NCBI RefSeq assembly: GCF_001194135.2
Contig: NC_068998.1
Coordinates: forward strand, 34,490,041-34,554,040
Source: Octopus bimaculoides
Lineage: Eukaryota
Direction of reading: 5' to 3'
DNA: 64,000 nucleotides
Shown: positions 62,907-64,000 of the stretch, in pieces
Layout of the letters: each line of letters starts with the position of its first letter
Numbering within the stretch: position 1 is the first letter of the stretch
Program-made: the position numbers and the translations under genes
The notes under the pieces: generated by a model
What the model was told of the DNA's origin: nothing
Database searches by the model: none
The model's input: the letters and a program-made list of their open reading frames with translations, nothing else

Positions 62907-64000
62907 GGCGTAATGCACAGACCAAATAAATTTAATATAGATTCATCCTATTAAAAAATATATCGAAGAAAACCTTAAATAGAAAAATGGGCCCAAAATA
63001 CATATTGTAAATAATTAATTATATTCGAATTAACACATTAAAATCAAATCAATAAAATAAAGTATACGCTGCATTCAAAATAAAATAAAATAAAATTACA
63101 ATAGCGCGTACGTATACAAGGCTATCCACAACATATATATATCTATATATAAACATATACATCGAAATACACAGTTGCATACGCACGAACAATCTACGTA
63201 TATAGGCCTATATTTACAAGGCACAGATATATACATAAGTACAAATTTACACACATATATACACACACACGCATTTAAGTTTGCACGTGAAAANNNNNNN
63301 NNNNNNNNNNNNNNNNNNNNNNNNNNNNNNNNNNNNNNNNNNNNNNNNNNNNNNNNNNNNNNNNNNNNNNNNNNNNNNNNNNNNNNNNNNNNNNNNNNNN
63401 NNNNNNNNNNNNNNNNNNNNNNNNNNNNNNNNNNNNNNNNNNNNNNNNNNNNNNNNNNNNNNNNNNNNNNNNNNNNNNNNNNNNNNNNNCTGGTAATGAA
63501 ATTGTATCTTAAGCTATGGAGTGGAGGGGTAAAGAGTAACGTATCTATAATAACGTTAAATATAGGAAAGGGGTGGCGGGGGAATGCAGTTGTCATAAGG
63601 AAGGAAAAGAAGAAAGAAAGAGAAGAAAGAAAGAAAGAAAGGGAAAAAAGAAAGAAAGGGAAAAAAAGAAAGATAGCAAAGGAAGGAAAGAGAGAAAGGC
63701 TGGGAATAGGAAGGAAGAAGTAGAGAGAGAAAATAAGCAAGAACATATGTATATAGTAAACGTGCATAAAATTTAGATTGCGCATATATGCGTATACAAA
63801 AATGGATATAGCATCACGTATATAGATACATATGTTGATATATACGCAAATACTTACGATCACAACCGTACACATGCGTATGCACACATTCAAGTATATG
63901 TGAGTGTGAACCTAATCGCACATACGCATATATAATAATATAGATGCATGTATGTATAAATAAATATAAGCATATACTCTTACCCATGTATACACAAAAA

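Overview
AT-rich, CpG-poor eukaryotic genomic DNA from a draft assembly with 12 N-gaps, most of them flanked by microsatellites. The divergent GC-rich 18S fragment and the SINE/LINE families point to a coleoid cephalopod, most likely Octopus; this is recognition from memory, not a database result. No host protein-coding gene can be called with confidence. Nearly all long ORFs in the track are artefacts of microsatellites or N-runs, and only a few short exon-like segments are plausible. The window is mostly decayed transposable elements: several tRNA-derived SINE families, many RTE-clade LINE 3' ends, two RLE (R4/Dong-like) LINE remnants, a Penelope-like element, two DD37D (maT) Tc1/mariner deletion derivatives, a MULE transposase remnant and several MITEs. 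Three things stand out. (1) Minimal type-I hammerhead ribozyme motifs occur in three unrelated repeat families. One is a tRNA-headed, hammerhead-carrying SINE-like element present as a ~520-bp head-to-head palindrome (36.5-37.05 kb); another is a well-formed motif at 62.68-62.73 kb. (2) A three-level nest: a mariner MITE is split by an RT-deleted RTE LINE, whose endonuclease domain is itself split by an antisense 18S rRNA fragment (55.6-58.7 kb). (3) Several small insertions have clear TSDs, including a local 139-bp copy-paste. No CRISPR array or prokaryotic feature was seen.
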